DNA from: Bacillota bacterium
GTDB lineage: Bacteria > Bacillota > Ch66 > Ch109
Assembly: GCA_050952625.1 (NCBI GenBank)
Contig: JBMNLH010000001.1
Span: 1,184,001-1,248,000, forward strand
DNA length: 64,000 nucleotides
Direction of reading: 5' to 3'
Under the pieces are notes generated by a model that was not told where the DNA came from, made no database searches, and was given only the letters and a program-made list of their open reading frames with translations. A program made the translations under genes and the position numbers. Below, piece after piece: positions 39,820-49,931 of the stretch (within the stretch, counting starts at the first letter, position 1; every line of letters begins with the position of its first letter).

Positions 39820-41433
39820 GTGACAACTTTGCCCGATGGACTGGTTATGCTGGTTTTTCACGCCCATCTTCCGTATGTTCGCCATCCGGAATTAAATTAC
39901 TGTCTCGAAGAGAATTGGTTTTTCGAAGCTATTACAGAGACTTATATACCTCTATTAATGATCTTTGAACAGCTGGTTGAGGATAATGTTAATTTTAAAA
40001 TCACCCTAACCATGACTCCTACCCTGATGAGTATGCTGAAGGACGATTTCCTTCAGGAACGATTTCGGAAGTATTTATCTTCTCGTTTGGAACTCGCTAA
40101 TAAAGAAAAGATTCGCACCTGGGGTCAACCTGGTTTTCACTGTGTAGCCCGCTGGTACCGGGCCCGACTTCAAGAGATTGAGCATTATTACCATAATTTA
40201 TACCGGGGAGATTTATTAAATGCCTTTCGTAAATTTAGCGAGATGGGCAAATTAGAAATTCTTACTTGTGCCGCAACTCACGGCTTTCTTCCTTTACTGC
40301 AGGGACAGCCACAAGCGGTTCGAGCACAATTACAGGTAGGAGTAGATACCTATCGTGACTTTATGGGCCGATCACCTCAGGGTATTTGGCTCCCCGAGTG
40401 TGCCTACTACCCGGGATTGGAAAAGATATTGCACCAAGTTGGTCTGCGTTACTTTTTCCTAGATACGAAGGGAGTAACCGAAGCCAGTCCAACTCCTCCT
40501 TGGGGAGTTTTTACACCTCTGATGACGGATAACCAAATCGCCGCTTTTGGTCGCGAAGCAGAAACATCTCGGCAAGTATGGTGCGCTCAAACTGGCTATC
40601 CAGGAGATCCCGTCTATCGTGATTTCTACCGTGACCTGGGTTTCGATCTGGATATGGATTATATAGGCCCCTATGTCGATCCAGCCGGGATCCGGATTTT
40701 CACCGGATTTAAGTACTATCAAGTGACTGGAAAAACAGATCAGAAACAACCCTACAATCCTCAAATCGCTTTGGAGCGCGCGCGACATCATGCGGAACAC
40801 TTCGCCGAAAGTCTGGTCAATCGGGCCAGGCAGTTGAAGCTTCAAATGAATAGGCAGCCATTGATCGTATCAGCCTATGACGCTGAACTACTCGGCCATT
40901 GGTGGTTTGAGGGACCGAACTGGTTGGAACACCTGCTGCGAACCCTGGATAAAGAAGGAAAGGTAGAAACGGCTACCGGACCCGAATACCTCAGTCAGTA
41001 CCCGGATAATCCAATAGGCCGACCAGCAGTGTCTTCCTGGGGAGATCAAGGATACTACAGCACCTGGTTAAACAACACAAACGACTGGATTTATCCGCAT
41101 CTTTATGCAGCTGGAGAACAAATGTCGGAGATGGTTCGACGTTATCCAAATGCTGCAGGATCGCTACAAAGAGTATTAAACCAAGCCTTGCGTGAGCTTT
41201 TATTAGCCCAAAGCAGTGACTGGGCCTTTATCATAAACAATCAAACAGCAGCTGAATACGCTGAGCGTCGAACAAAAGAACATTTGCATAATTTCCGACA
41301 GTTATACCTTTATGCTTGTTCAAGCCAATTGACCGAAACACTTCCCATTGAAGTGGATACACTATTAACTAGTTTAGAAGCGAAAAACAATTTATTCCCT
41401 AAAATCGACTATCGCGTGTTTAGAGAAAGCTAG
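39820..41433 (+). CDS. GH57 (DUF1957) 1,4-alpha-glucan branching enzyme
   Basis: HAHLPYV, ETYIP, WLPECAY, DAELLGHWWFEG, AQSSDW. Confidence 0.92.
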   Translation: MTTLPDGLVMLVFHAHLPYVRHPELNYCLEENWFFEAITETYIPLLMIFEQLVEDNVNFKITLTMTPTLMSMLKDDFLQERFRKYLSSRLELANKEKIRTWGQPGFHCVARWYRARLQEIEHYYHNLYRGDLLNAFRKFSEMGKLEILTCAATHGFLPLLQGQPQAVRAQLQVGVDTYRDFMGRSPQGIWLPECAYYPGLEKILHQVGLRYFFLDTKGVTEASPTPPWGVFTPLMTDNQIAAFGREAETSRQVWCAQTGYPGDPVYRDFYRDLGFDLDMDYIGPYVDPAGIRIFTGFKYYQVTGKTDQKQPYNPQIALERARHHAEHFAESLVNRARQLKLQMNRQPLIVSAYDAELLGHWWFEGPNWLEHLLRTLDKEGKVETATGPEYLSQYPDNPIGRPAVSSWGDQGYYSTWLNNTNDWIYPHLYAAGEQMSEMVRRYPNAAGSLQRVLNQALRELLLAQSSDWAFIINNQTAAEYAERRTKEHLHNFRQLYLYACSSQLTETLPIEVDTLLTSLEAKNNLFPKIDYRVFRES

Positions 41434-41448
41434 AGAGGAGCAAAACTC

Positions 41449-42897
41449 ATGAAGATTTTACTGGTAGCCGCCGAGGTGTCACCATTTGCTAAAACGGGAG
41501 GTCTGGCCGATGTAGCTGGATCACTGCCTAAAGCACTTAGAGCCTTAGGACATGACATCCGGATAATCTTACCGGCTTACCAGGAAATAAACCCAAAGGT
41601 CCAGAAATTTGTTCCTATCGGTAAAACGGTCAAGGTCAAAATAGGACAACTGCAACATCTAGGGGAAATACTGGAAGGACAATCAGGCGATGTTCCGGTA
41701 TATTTAATTAAGTGTGATGAATTATTTGACCGGCCAGGTATCTATGGTCCTCCTGAAGGAGGGGGATTTCCGGATAACCTCCAAAGATTTGCCTTTTTTT
41801 GCGGGGCAGTACTTGAAGCGATAAAAACGATTCCTTTTCCAGTCGAGGTTATCCACTGTAATGATTGGCATACTGCCTTGATTCCCGGTTTATTGAAAAC
41901 GCTATATGCTCAAGATCCTTTTTTTCAATCGATTCGGACACTATATACTGTCCATAACCTTGGTTACCAAGGCACATTTCCTTTAAATGATTTCGAGTCG
42001 CTTGGATTGGATCCTTGGCCATCTATAGCTGAAGCCTATGAGTATTATGGCGAAGTAAACTTCATGAAGGGTGGGGTTATTCTCGCCGATCTAATAAACA
42101 CGGTTAGTCCAAATTACGCTAAAGAAATTCAAACACCGGAACATGGCTGTGGACTGGATAAAATTTTGAATTTACGACGAGATCAGCTTTTTGGCATCCT
42201 AAATGGAATTGACTACCAAGATTGGAACCCGGTTATTGACCCTAACTTAATTAGCCCTTTTTCAATAAATTCTATTGATCGAAAAACCAAAAACAAGCAG
42301 GCGTTACAAAGAGAGTTAGGGCTCGAAGAGTCTTCTGATATTCCATTAGTCGGGATGGTCGCTCGTTTGGCTGAACAGAAGGGTTGTGACCTCTTAGGCG
42401 AAGCTTTGCCTTGTCTTTTACAGGATACTAATATGCAGTTCGTTGTGCTGGGTACTGGAGAAAAGCGTTATGAGGAACTAATAAAACAGTTAATCTGTAA
42501 ATATCCCAGGCAGGTTGCCGCTGAGTTTAATTTTAACGATCCTCTGGCTCATCGGATTTATGCCGGGGCAGATATTTTTCTTATTCCGTCACAATATGAG
42601 CCTAGCGGTCTTTCGCAAATGATCAGTTTCCGTTACGGGACCATCCCGGTCGCCCGGGCCACTGGCGGATTAGTTGATACAGTAATTGATTACTCCTCTA
42701 GTGAAAAAGGAAACGGTTTTCTGTTTCATGAGTATAGCGGCGAAGCTTTAGCCGGGGCGATCCGACGCGCCTTAGAGGTTTTTGTTCAGCCGGCAAAATG
42801 GAAGCAACTGATTAACAGAGGTATGAAATTGGATTTTTCCTGGAAAAACTCAGCCTTAGAATACCTGGCACTTTATTATAAAATTATTGTGGGCTAA
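41449..42897 (+). CDS. glgA: Glycogen synthase
   Basis: KTGGLADV, HCNDWH, HNLGYQG, RLAEQKG, TGGL. Confidence 0.95.
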   Translation: MKILLVAAEVSPFAKTGGLADVAGSLPKALRALGHDIRIILPAYQEINPKVQKFVPIGKTVKVKIGQLQHLGEILEGQSGDVPVYLIKCDELFDRPGIYGPPEGGGFPDNLQRFAFFCGAVLEAIKTIPFPVEVIHCNDWHTALIPGLLKTLYAQDPFFQSIRTLYTVHNLGYQGTFPLNDFESLGLDPWPSIAEAYEYYGEVNFMKGGVILADLINTVSPNYAKEIQTPEHGCGLDKILNLRRDQLFGILNGIDYQDWNPVIDPNLISPFSINSIDRKTKNKQALQRELGLEESSDIPLVGMVARLAEQKGCDLLGEALPCLLQDTNMQFVVLGTGEKRYEELIKQLICKYPRQVAAEFNFNDPLAHRIYAGADIFLIPSQYEPSGLSQMISFRYGTIPVARATGGLVDTVIDYSSSEKGNGFLFHEYSGEALAGAIRRALEVFVQPAKWKQLINRGMKLDFSWKNSALEYLALYYKIIVG

Positions 42898-42926
42898 AAT
42901 TTTTGGATAATTATTTTTTGAGAGTC

Positions 42927-42955
42927 TTGTCCTGATTAAGGTAATCCAGTAGAAT
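42927..42955 (+). promoter_or_regulatory. SigA promoter of dinG
   Basis: TTGTCC-17 nt-TAGAAT. Confidence 0.55.
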
Positions 42956-42979
42956 ATAGTGGATTATTCGGGGTGAAAT

Positions 42980-45928
42980 ATGTCTTATTTAATGAACTAC
43001 CGACCGGTTATAATTGCCTTTGATTTAGAAACCACTGGATTGTCTCCTGGTCAGGATGAAATAATAGAACTTGGGGCAGTTCGAATTGAAGAAGGAATAA
43101 TCACGGAAAGATACCAAACCTTGGTATGCCCTAGAACCCGGATTCCACCGAGAATAAGTCGTTTAACTGGAATCACCCAGGATATGCTGGATAAGGCCCC
43201 TCCCTTAGGAGAGGTACTGCCCAGTTTTTTGAATTTTTTGAGTAATTATCCTTTAGTTGCCCATCAGGCCTCTTTTGATCTAAACTTTTTAGAAACTAGT
43301 TTGGGACAAAGACTCTCCAACGAGGTTTTAGATACCGTAGAACTAGCCCGTTTAGCCTTCCCAATGGCGGCTAACCATCGATTAGTTAGCCTAGCCCGAG
43401 AATTAGAGCTTACCCTGATTGATGCGCATCGGGCTTTGGCTGATGCCGAGGCGACAGCTTTGCTGTTTCTAAAAATTGATGAGATTATTAAAAGCTGGCC
43501 CTTTGCCCTTGTTCATCAAATAAATCAAATGGCTGCCACCTTTTCTTGGCCTCTGGCTGGATATTTCCAGTACATTGAAAAATTCCTTACCCGTCATCTG
43601 AAGTTTCAACCCGTCGGAAGCTTATCTAACTACCTGGCACCAGTACCAGCTGAGGCTAGTGGAATATTTGCTAAAGAATGGGAAAAAACTAATAAGCCTA
43701 TTCAACCCTATGTCCCAGTAGATTTTCAATGGTTGGAGTCTCTGTTCGGCCCAAATGGAACATTTGCCCAGAGTTTCGGGCTATACGAATATCGACCCCA
43801 ACAGATTACCATGCTTAATAAGATCGCTGAAGCCTTCAATAAAGAACATCATTTACTAATAGAAGCTGGGACCGGTACCGGTAAATCTTTGGCGTATTTG
43901 CTGCCAGCCGTACTCCTTGCCATCCAGAATCAGGACAAGGTTGTCATTTCTACCCATACTATAGCCTTACAAGAACAACTCTGGTTCAAAGATATACCCC
44001 AATTAAGAGAAGCATTGAAAAGTCTAACTTCAATAGACAAAGGCCAAATTAACAAAGAGACCAGTCATAATCTGGAAAATTTTAGAGTTGCTTTAGTTAA
44101 AGGACGGGGTAATTACTTGTGCCTGCGCAAGTGGTTTTCCATTGAACAAAACCTTGATTCTTATACGGCTGAAGAAAAGAGATTTTTTATCCGTCTGTAC
44201 TCCTGGTTAAGTAAAACTAGTACTGGTGACCGTTCGGAATTAAACCTTAACCATCATGAGGCCGAGCTTTGGTTTCTGGTGGCGGCAGACAGTGAGTCTT
44301 GTTCTGGTGGAAAATGCCCCTGGTTTAAGAATCAATGTTTTATTATGCGGGCGCGAAGGCAGTGTGAAGAAGCCCATCTCTTAGTAATCAATCATTCCTT
44401 ACTCCTGGCTGATTTTAAAACTGATAATCAGGTACTGCCTGCCTATAGCCGGGTCATCATAGACGAAGCGCATCATCTGGAAGATGCCGCAACCGAACAT
44501 CTAGGGTTACAGATCAGTTTCCAGAGTTTAATTGGTGCGTGTCAGGGTTTGCATCGTCAGACTCGATATGGCTCGGCCGGTTTGCTCATTAATCTTAAGA
44601 AACAGTTAAATCGTCTAAAATGGCAATATGGTTCCCTTGACCTGGAATCCGGAGAACAAGTAATTGAATCTGTACTTCGAGATCTGTTGACAGTTAAGGA
44701 ACAGGCAGAGACTTTTTTTGGAATTATTATGGCAATAGTTAATCAATCCTCTACAGACTCAGCATACTATAATAAGAGGTCTTTTCGTTTTAGGAAAAAA
44801 AATACCGAATCAAAATGGTGGACCAGCTGGATTGGCACACGAGACAATTTGATTTTTCAGCTTAATTCTCTGCATAAAAACCTAAAATTACTGGAGGACT
44901 GGCTAGAATATATTGAGTTAGCAGTTGGGACCTGGATTGGTGAAAGAAAAGATTTACAAGCTAGACGCCAGTTTTTCAACCAGTTTATGAATGACCTCCA
45001 GTTTATTACGGCTATCGAAGAGGAGCATTGGGTTTATTGGGCTGAAATTGAAGAAAGGCGAGAAAACCATAACACTGTCTTAAGAGCTGCACCTATTGAG
45101 GTAGCTGAATTATTAAACAAGTACCTATTTGCTGTCAAAAAGACAGTCATTTTGACTTCAGCCACCCTGAGGGTTAGTGACAGTTTTAATCATTTCATCG
45201 AAAGAGTTGGGTTGGCGTTAACAGAAGCGGACAAAATCGAGCTGCTCCATTTGGACTCCCCTTTTGCTTATGAAAAGCAGGCTTTGCTTTGTATCCCTCG
45301 CGAGCTTCCTAACCCGGCTGTGGTAGGTGACCGGACTTTTTCCGAAGCTATTTCGCCAATTCTAGAGGAAGTAATCGAAGCTACTGCTGGAAGAACGATG
45401 GTTTTATTCACTTCTCATAATCTGTTGCGACAAACCTATTCCCGAATCAAAAATGCTTTAGAAGCTAAAGGGATAAACTTACTCGGTCATAATATTGACG
45501 GTGGCTATGCTCGTTTAGTAGAAGAGTTTCGAACCACGCCTCGTTCCGTGTTGTTTGGGGCGAGTACCTTGTGGGAAGGGGTTGATATTCAAGGAGAGGA
45601 ACTGAGTTGTGTTGTATTAGTGAAGTTGCCTTTTTTACCCCCTAACTTACCGATAGTCGAGGCCCGCATAGAGGCAATAACAAGGCGAAATCGCAAAGGA
45701 TTCTATCACTATACATTACCGGAAGCCATTTTAAGAATGAGGCAGGGTTTTGGAAGATTGATTCGGTCTAAGTCTGATCGAGGAGTAGTGGTTATTCTAG
45801 ACAATCGAATTATTGAAAAAAAATATGGTCAAGAGTTTTTAAAATCGTTTCCCTTAAAGACTCATGTTAGGATTAACTGTTCTGATCTTAAAGAGACAAT
45901 CAATGCATGGTTAAATAAACTGAATTAA
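42980..45928 (+). CDS. dinG: DinG family helicase with N-terminal DEDDh 3'-5' exonuclease
   Basis: DLETTG, HRALADA; EAGTGTGKS, DEAH, SAT, WEGVD, QGFGRLIR. Confidence 0.93.
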   Translation: MSYLMNYRPVIIAFDLETTGLSPGQDEIIELGAVRIEEGIITERYQTLVCPRTRIPPRISRLTGITQDMLDKAPPLGEVLPSFLNFLSNYPLVAHQASFDLNFLETSLGQRLSNEVLDTVELARLAFPMAANHRLVSLARELELTLIDAHRALADAEATALLFLKIDEIIKSWPFALVHQINQMAATFSWPLAGYFQYIEKFLTRHLKFQPVGSLSNYLAPVPAEASGIFAKEWEKTNKPIQPYVPVDFQWLESLFGPNGTFAQSFGLYEYRPQQITMLNKIAEAFNKEHHLLIEAGTGTGKSLAYLLPAVLLAIQNQDKVVISTHTIALQEQLWFKDIPQLREALKSLTSIDKGQINKETSHNLENFRVALVKGRGNYLCLRKWFSIEQNLDSYTAEEKRFFIRLYSWLSKTSTGDRSELNLNHHEAELWFLVAADSESCSGGKCPWFKNQCFIMRARRQCEEAHLLVINHSLLLADFKTDNQVLPAYSRVIIDEAHHLEDAATEHLGLQISFQSLIGACQGLHRQTRYGSAGLLINLKKQLNRLKWQYGSLDLESGEQVIESVLRDLLTVKEQAETFFGIIMAIVNQSSTDSAYYNKRSFRFRKKNTESKWWTSWIGTRDNLIFQLNSLHKNLKLLEDWLEYIELAVGTWIGERKDLQARRQFFNQFMNDLQFITAIEEEHWVYWAEIEERRENHNTVLRAAPIEVAELLNKYLFAVKKTVILTSATLRVSDSFNHFIERVGLALTEADKIELLHLDSPFAYEKQALLCIPRELPNPAVVGDRTFSEAISPILEEVIEATAGRTMVLFTSHNLLRQTYSRIKNALEAKGINLLGHNIDGGYARLVEEFRTTPRSVLFGASTLWEGVDIQGEELSCVVLVKLPFLPPNLPIVEARIEAITRRNRKGFYHYTLPEAILRMRQGFGRLIRSKSDRGVVVILDNRIIEKKYGQEFLKSFPLKTHVRINCSDLKETINAWLNKLN

Positions 45929-46032
45929 AATCCAAAATTATTACATTTTTATTAGTTTAATTTAGGCCTTCCACCGGTTCTTTAAAAATGATAGAATTAA
46001 TATGTTGAATTAGCTAGACGGAGGAACCCGAA

Positions 46033-46668
46033 TTGCGGAATTTTCCCATTGTCCCTGATGGATGGATATATCTGATTGGTTTGGGTTTTATAACACTACT
46101 TATATTTTTTTGGAAATCTTACGCAGCTCTCATCCCATTTATTCTGTTTATTTTTGTTGGCTTCTTTTTTCGCAATCCAAAACGTGACATACCACTTCAG
46201 CCAGATTTGGTAGTATCGCCAGCGGACGGGGTTGTCATGAGTGTGGAAAAAGTGATCGAAAATCGTTATATCCAGGCAGAGGCAATCCGGATTAGGATAT
46301 TTCTTAATATTTTTAACGTTCACGTAAACCGGGCTCCAGTGGCCGGGACGGTAGGATTTCAGGAGTATCGGCCTGGAAAATTTCTAGCTGCCTACAAAAA
46401 CGAAGCTGCTCAGCTAAATGAACAAAATCTGGTTGGGTTTCAAGACGGAGATTTTAGGGTGTTGGTGAGTCAGATTGCCGGCTTGATAGCCCGAAGAGTC
46501 GTATCTTGGGTCAAACCGGGAGATACTCTTCAAAGAGGAGAAAGGTTTGGTCTGATTAAGTTTGGGTCCTGTACTGAAGTCTATCTTCCCAGTAATGTAC
46601 AGGTTGAGGTAAAGAAAGGAGATCGGGTTAAAGGGGGAGAAACAATCATAGGGAGGGTGATCAGGTGA
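46033..46668 (+). CDS. psd: Phosphatidylserine decarboxylase proenzyme
   Basis: FFRNP, SPADG, NVHVNRAP, self-cleavage motif FGS. Confidence 0.92.
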   Translation: MRNFPIVPDGWIYLIGLGFITLLIFFWKSYAALIPFILFIFVGFFFRNPKRDIPLQPDLVVSPADGVVMSVEKVIENRYIQAEAIRIRIFLNIFNVHVNRAPVAGTVGFQEYRPGKFLAAYKNEAAQLNEQNLVGFQDGDFRVLVSQIAGLIARRVVSWVKPGDTLQRGERFGLIKFGSCTEVYLPSNVQVEVKKGDRVKGGETIIGRVIR

Positions 46669-47180
46669 GACCGGTTGTCAAACCCATAGTGCCCAATCTG
46701 TTTACCTTGAGTAATTTATTGCTGGGCATCATGTCACTAGTCTATACTCTGAACGGTCGATATACGCTAGCAGCGGCGGCTATCCTGGGATCAACGGTGC
46801 TTGACCGAATGGATGGCAATCTGGCTAGGCGGCTTGGAGTTAGTTCCGATTTTGGGAAAGAGCTTGATTCATTGGCTGATTTGGTATCATTTGGAGTTGC
46901 ACCGGCCATCCTCGCTTATGCCTCGGTTCTTGATGAATTTATGGGCCACGCTGGGTTAGTTATTGCCCTTATTTTCATAAGCTGCGGGGCAATTCGATTG
47001 GCCAGATTTAATGTCATTAATGTTTCCGATCATTTTGTCGGTGTCCCGATTACTATTGCTGGTGGGCTAATGGCTTTATCATTACTTCTAATCAATCATC
47101 TGCCATTCTGGGCCGTAGCCATTTTTATGGTTTCTCTGTCTGGATTAATGGTCAGTAAGATTAAAGTAAAGAAACGCTAG
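46665..47180 (+). CDS. pssA: CDP-diacylglycerol--serine O-phosphatidyltransferase
   Basis: DG.LAR...SDFGKELDSLADLVSFGVAP, RLARFN. Confidence 0.92.
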   Translation: MRPVVKPIVPNLFTLSNLLLGIMSLVYTLNGRYTLAAAAILGSTVLDRMDGNLARRLGVSSDFGKELDSLADLVSFGVAPAILAYASVLDEFMGHAGLVIALIFISCGAIRLARFNVINVSDHFVGVPITIAGGLMALSLLLINHLPFWAVAIFMVSLSGLMVSKIKVKKR

Positions 47181-47312
47181 GAATAATCATCAATTGCACT
47201 ATATGGCTTGATAATTTCAGTCTAGTTTAACAATCTCTTGAGCGGAGGAACCTTTTCTTACTAGCTCTAATATATTATTAGAAGAGGTAATATGAAAAGG
47301 GGTGAGATTAAA

Positions 47313-47378
47313 TTGAAGATAGTTTTCATCCCCCTGCCAGGGTTCTTGCGGAGGCTGTTACTACGGATTATTAAGTGA
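47313..47378 (+). CDS. spoVM: SpoVM-like amphipathic peptide (21 aa), not in the ORF track
   Basis: SD AAGGGGTG plus TTG; MKIVFIPLPGFLRRLLLRIIK with Pro9 in an LPxFL motif; terminator follows. Confidence 0.7.
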   Translation: MKIVFIPLPGFLRRLLLRIIK

Positions 47379-47400
47379 GTTAAATACTAACACATTTGTC

Positions 47401-47428
47401 AGCCGAGATATCTCGGCTTATTTTTTGT
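47401..47428 (+). terminator. Terminator after the spoVM-like ORF
   Basis: AGCCGAGA/TCTCGGCT inverted repeat plus TATTTTTT. Confidence 0.75.
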
Positions 47429-47440
47429 TTATCTGTGAAA

Positions 47441-47535
47441 CAAAAAATAAGCCTAAGGCACTTAAGCTATAGGGTTACCTTAGGCACACCGCTATGAAAG
47501 GATTGCGTTCCAGTCAGCAAGCTGGACCGGGAACG
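47441..47535 (-). ncRNA. Candidate two-hairpin sRNA or structured 3' UTR
   Basis: Hairpin, linker AAUCCUUUC, then terminator hairpin plus U-tract. Confidence 0.35.
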
Positions 47536-47568
47536 ATTATAATTGATGTAAGCGATGTGATTGTATGA

Positions 47569-47940
47569 TCACTTTTGGTGAAAAGCTACACCCATAATTC
47601 CACCAAGGATGCCAGCCAAAGCAGCCAATAAAAACTTAATCAATGAGGTGGTCCAGGAGAAATGTCCCGGATTAAAAACCAGATTAATAACTAGAACTAG
47701 GATAATAAACGCAAGGGCCATTTCGAAACCTAATAACAAGCCCTTTGACCCTTGCCGACGAGCCGCTAGAAAACCACCTACAAATACACTAAAGATGAAG
47801 ATTGATAAAGTTAGGAGGGGGGAAACTGACTCGGGGAGATTAGTAAAATACATTAATAAACCAACGATAATTCCTAATATCCCAAGCAAAATGACACCAC
47901 TAGTAAAACCACGGACCAATGGGCTGCTTAATTTAATCAT
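47569..47940 (-). CDS. TIGR04086 family membrane protein
   Basis: Four TM helices, GGFLAARR..SKGLL.G, GILGGIMG; SigE-like promoter at 47995-48022. Confidence 0.8.
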   Translation of the reverse strand: MIKLSSPLVRGFTSGVILLGILGIIVGLLMYFTNLPESVSPLLTLSIFIFSVFVGGFLAARRQGSKGLLLGFEMALAFIILVLVINLVFNPGHFSWTTSLIKFLLAALAGILGGIMGVAFHQK

Positions 47941-48127
47941 TAACCATCGCCTCCACAGATAATTTAGAAGACAATTATCATATTTTATATTAAAACCATA
48001 TGCTGACGGCCCTTAAATATACCCGAGACTTTTTCTAGAATTAAGACTCTTGCATATTGCTATCAACAAGAAAATACGATCTTAACTCAAGTCTATGTAT
48101 CTATAAAAAAGAAAGGAGGTTTGAAAT

Positions 48128-48361
48128 ATGGAAAATACAGTCAGTATGCTTAAGGTTCAAGGGATGTCTTGTTCTCATTGTCAGATGGCTGTTGAAAAGA
48201 CATTGGTCAACTTAAAAGGGGTAAATGCGGTAGACGTTGACCTGTTGTCTGGAAAAGTAAACGTAGACTATGATCCGGTGCTAGTTAACCTTACTCAGAT
48301 GGTTAATGCTATCGAAGAAGCTGGATTTACCGTACTATTTGACCACGAAAAAAATAAATAA
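48128..48361 (+). CDS. copZ: Copper chaperone (HMA domain)
   Basis: GMSCSHC motif, IEEAGF. Confidence 0.9.
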   Translation: MENTVSMLKVQGMSCSHCQMAVEKTLVNLKGVNAVDVDLLSGKVNVDYDPVLVNLTQMVNAIEEAGFTVLFDHEKNK

Positions 48362-48432
48362 GGAATGGAGATAGTTAATGCATCATAGCTTAGACCGAAA
48401 AAGTTTTCCCGTTGGTAAAGGAGGGGAACGAA

Positions 48433-49170
48433 TTGTTATCTATTTTAAGCTATGGTGCATTAGCAGGATTAACGACAACTATGGGTGCGGTAGTGGTCCT
48501 GCTTTTTGGATTACCAGACCGCCGAGGCATCTCTTTTTTTCTTGGTTTAGCTGCCGGGGTTATGTTGGCGGTCGTTGTTTTCGATCTCCTGCCCTCAGCC
48601 TTTCAATTAGGTACTTGCTGGAACGTTTTATGGGGATTAATCACCGGGGGCAGCCTGCTTTGGCTGACTGACCATCTTTTGTCATTAAAAATCGGCATTT
48701 CTAATAATGGTACTCAGACCTTTAGACGACTCGGTTATTTAATTGCCTTGGGTATTGCGATGCATGATTTACCCGAAGGGATAGCAATTGCTTTGGGTTA
48801 TGCAACCGCCGAACGGCTGGGACCGGTTATTGCTATGGCAATTGGTTTACACAATATTCCAGAAGGAATGGCGACTGCTGCTCCTTTATTTGTCGGGGGA
48901 ATAAAACCTTCTCGGATAATTCTACTCACTCTAGTCGTTAGTTTAATTACTCCTCTGGGTACCGCTCTTGGCATCTTGTTAACTCAACTTATTCCTCAAA
49001 ATATTTCCCTAATGCTAGCCTTTGCCGCTGGGTGTATGCTTTACTTAGTTATTGTTGAACTGCTCCCCGAATCTCGCCGCCACCATCCAAAGATTGCTTA
49101 TTTAGGATTTTTTTTGGGAATCAGCCTAATTATTGGTGTAAGCATTTTAGATAAATGCTTTCGAGGATAA
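48433..49170 (+). CDS. ZIP family metal transporter
   Basis: AAGVML, HDLPEG, HNIPEG, ELLPES; SD AGGAGGGG before TTG 48433. Confidence 0.9.
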   Translation: MLSILSYGALAGLTTTMGAVVVLLFGLPDRRGISFFLGLAAGVMLAVVVFDLLPSAFQLGTCWNVLWGLITGGSLLWLTDHLLSLKIGISNNGTQTFRRLGYLIALGIAMHDLPEGIAIALGYATAERLGPVIAMAIGLHNIPEGMATAAPLFVGGIKPSRIILLTLVVSLITPLGTALGILLTQLIPQNISLMLAFAAGCMLYLVIVELLPESRRHHPKIAYLGFFLGISLIIGVSILDKCFRG

Positions 49171-49302
49171 TTGCTTGCTTTATCGGTCATCCTAACCTTG
49201 GATCAATTCATTAATTATATCTTAAACATATCTACGAAAATAATAAACCGATTTCTTGCTCGGTTTTATTAAATATTGATTATGAATTGAGGGAGTAAAA
49301 GG

Positions 49303-49746
49303 ATGACTGGAAAACTTATTTATTTAGTAGTAGCCGGGGTTGCTGGAGCGGCTATGGCCGTACAGGGAACCCTCAATGCAGCCTTAGGAAAGATAATCGG
49401 CTTATGGGAATCAACATTTCTTGTGCATCTTGTCGGTATGATTGTAGTAATTGTTATCCTGTTTGGTTTTAAACAAGGCGACGGAGATTGGAGCCTTCTT
49501 GGTCAAGCTCCTTGGTATACCTATCTCGGGGGTCTGCTTAATGTTTTAATAATTTTTGGCGTTGTTTCTAGCATCCCAAAAGTGGGCGTTGGGGATGCCA
49601 CAACGATGATTATTGTTCTCCAGATCCTTAGTGCTGTGGCAATTGATCATTTTGGCCTTTTTGGTATGACTAAAGTTCCCTGTAAGTGGTGGGACCTACT
49701 AGGAATTGCTTTCCTTGGAGTAGGTGCTAAATTATTACTGCGTTAA
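49303..49746 (+). CDS. DMT family transporter (DUF606/YdcZ-like)
   Basis: Q...N..L, PWY.YLGG, IDHFGLFG. Confidence 0.85.
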   Translation: MTGKLIYLVVAGVAGAAMAVQGTLNAALGKIIGLWESTFLVHLVGMIVVIVILFGFKQGDGDWSLLGQAPWYTYLGGLLNVLIIFGVVSSIPKVGVGDATTMIIVLQILSAVAIDHFGLFGMTKVPCKWWDLLGIAFLGVGAKLLLR

Positions 49747-49931
49747 TTTAGTTGTTAACGATTTAAGTTAAACTAGTGAAAATTGAAAATATCTTTCTGC
49801 TTTAAGCAGAATATTTTTTGTCTAAATCATAAGATATTTGTTGTACGATTTTAGAAGCCTTAGGAAGGACTTTACTTAACTCCCAAGAATTTTAAAAATA
49901 ATGATAAGCATTTGAGAGGAGTGGTTAAGTT

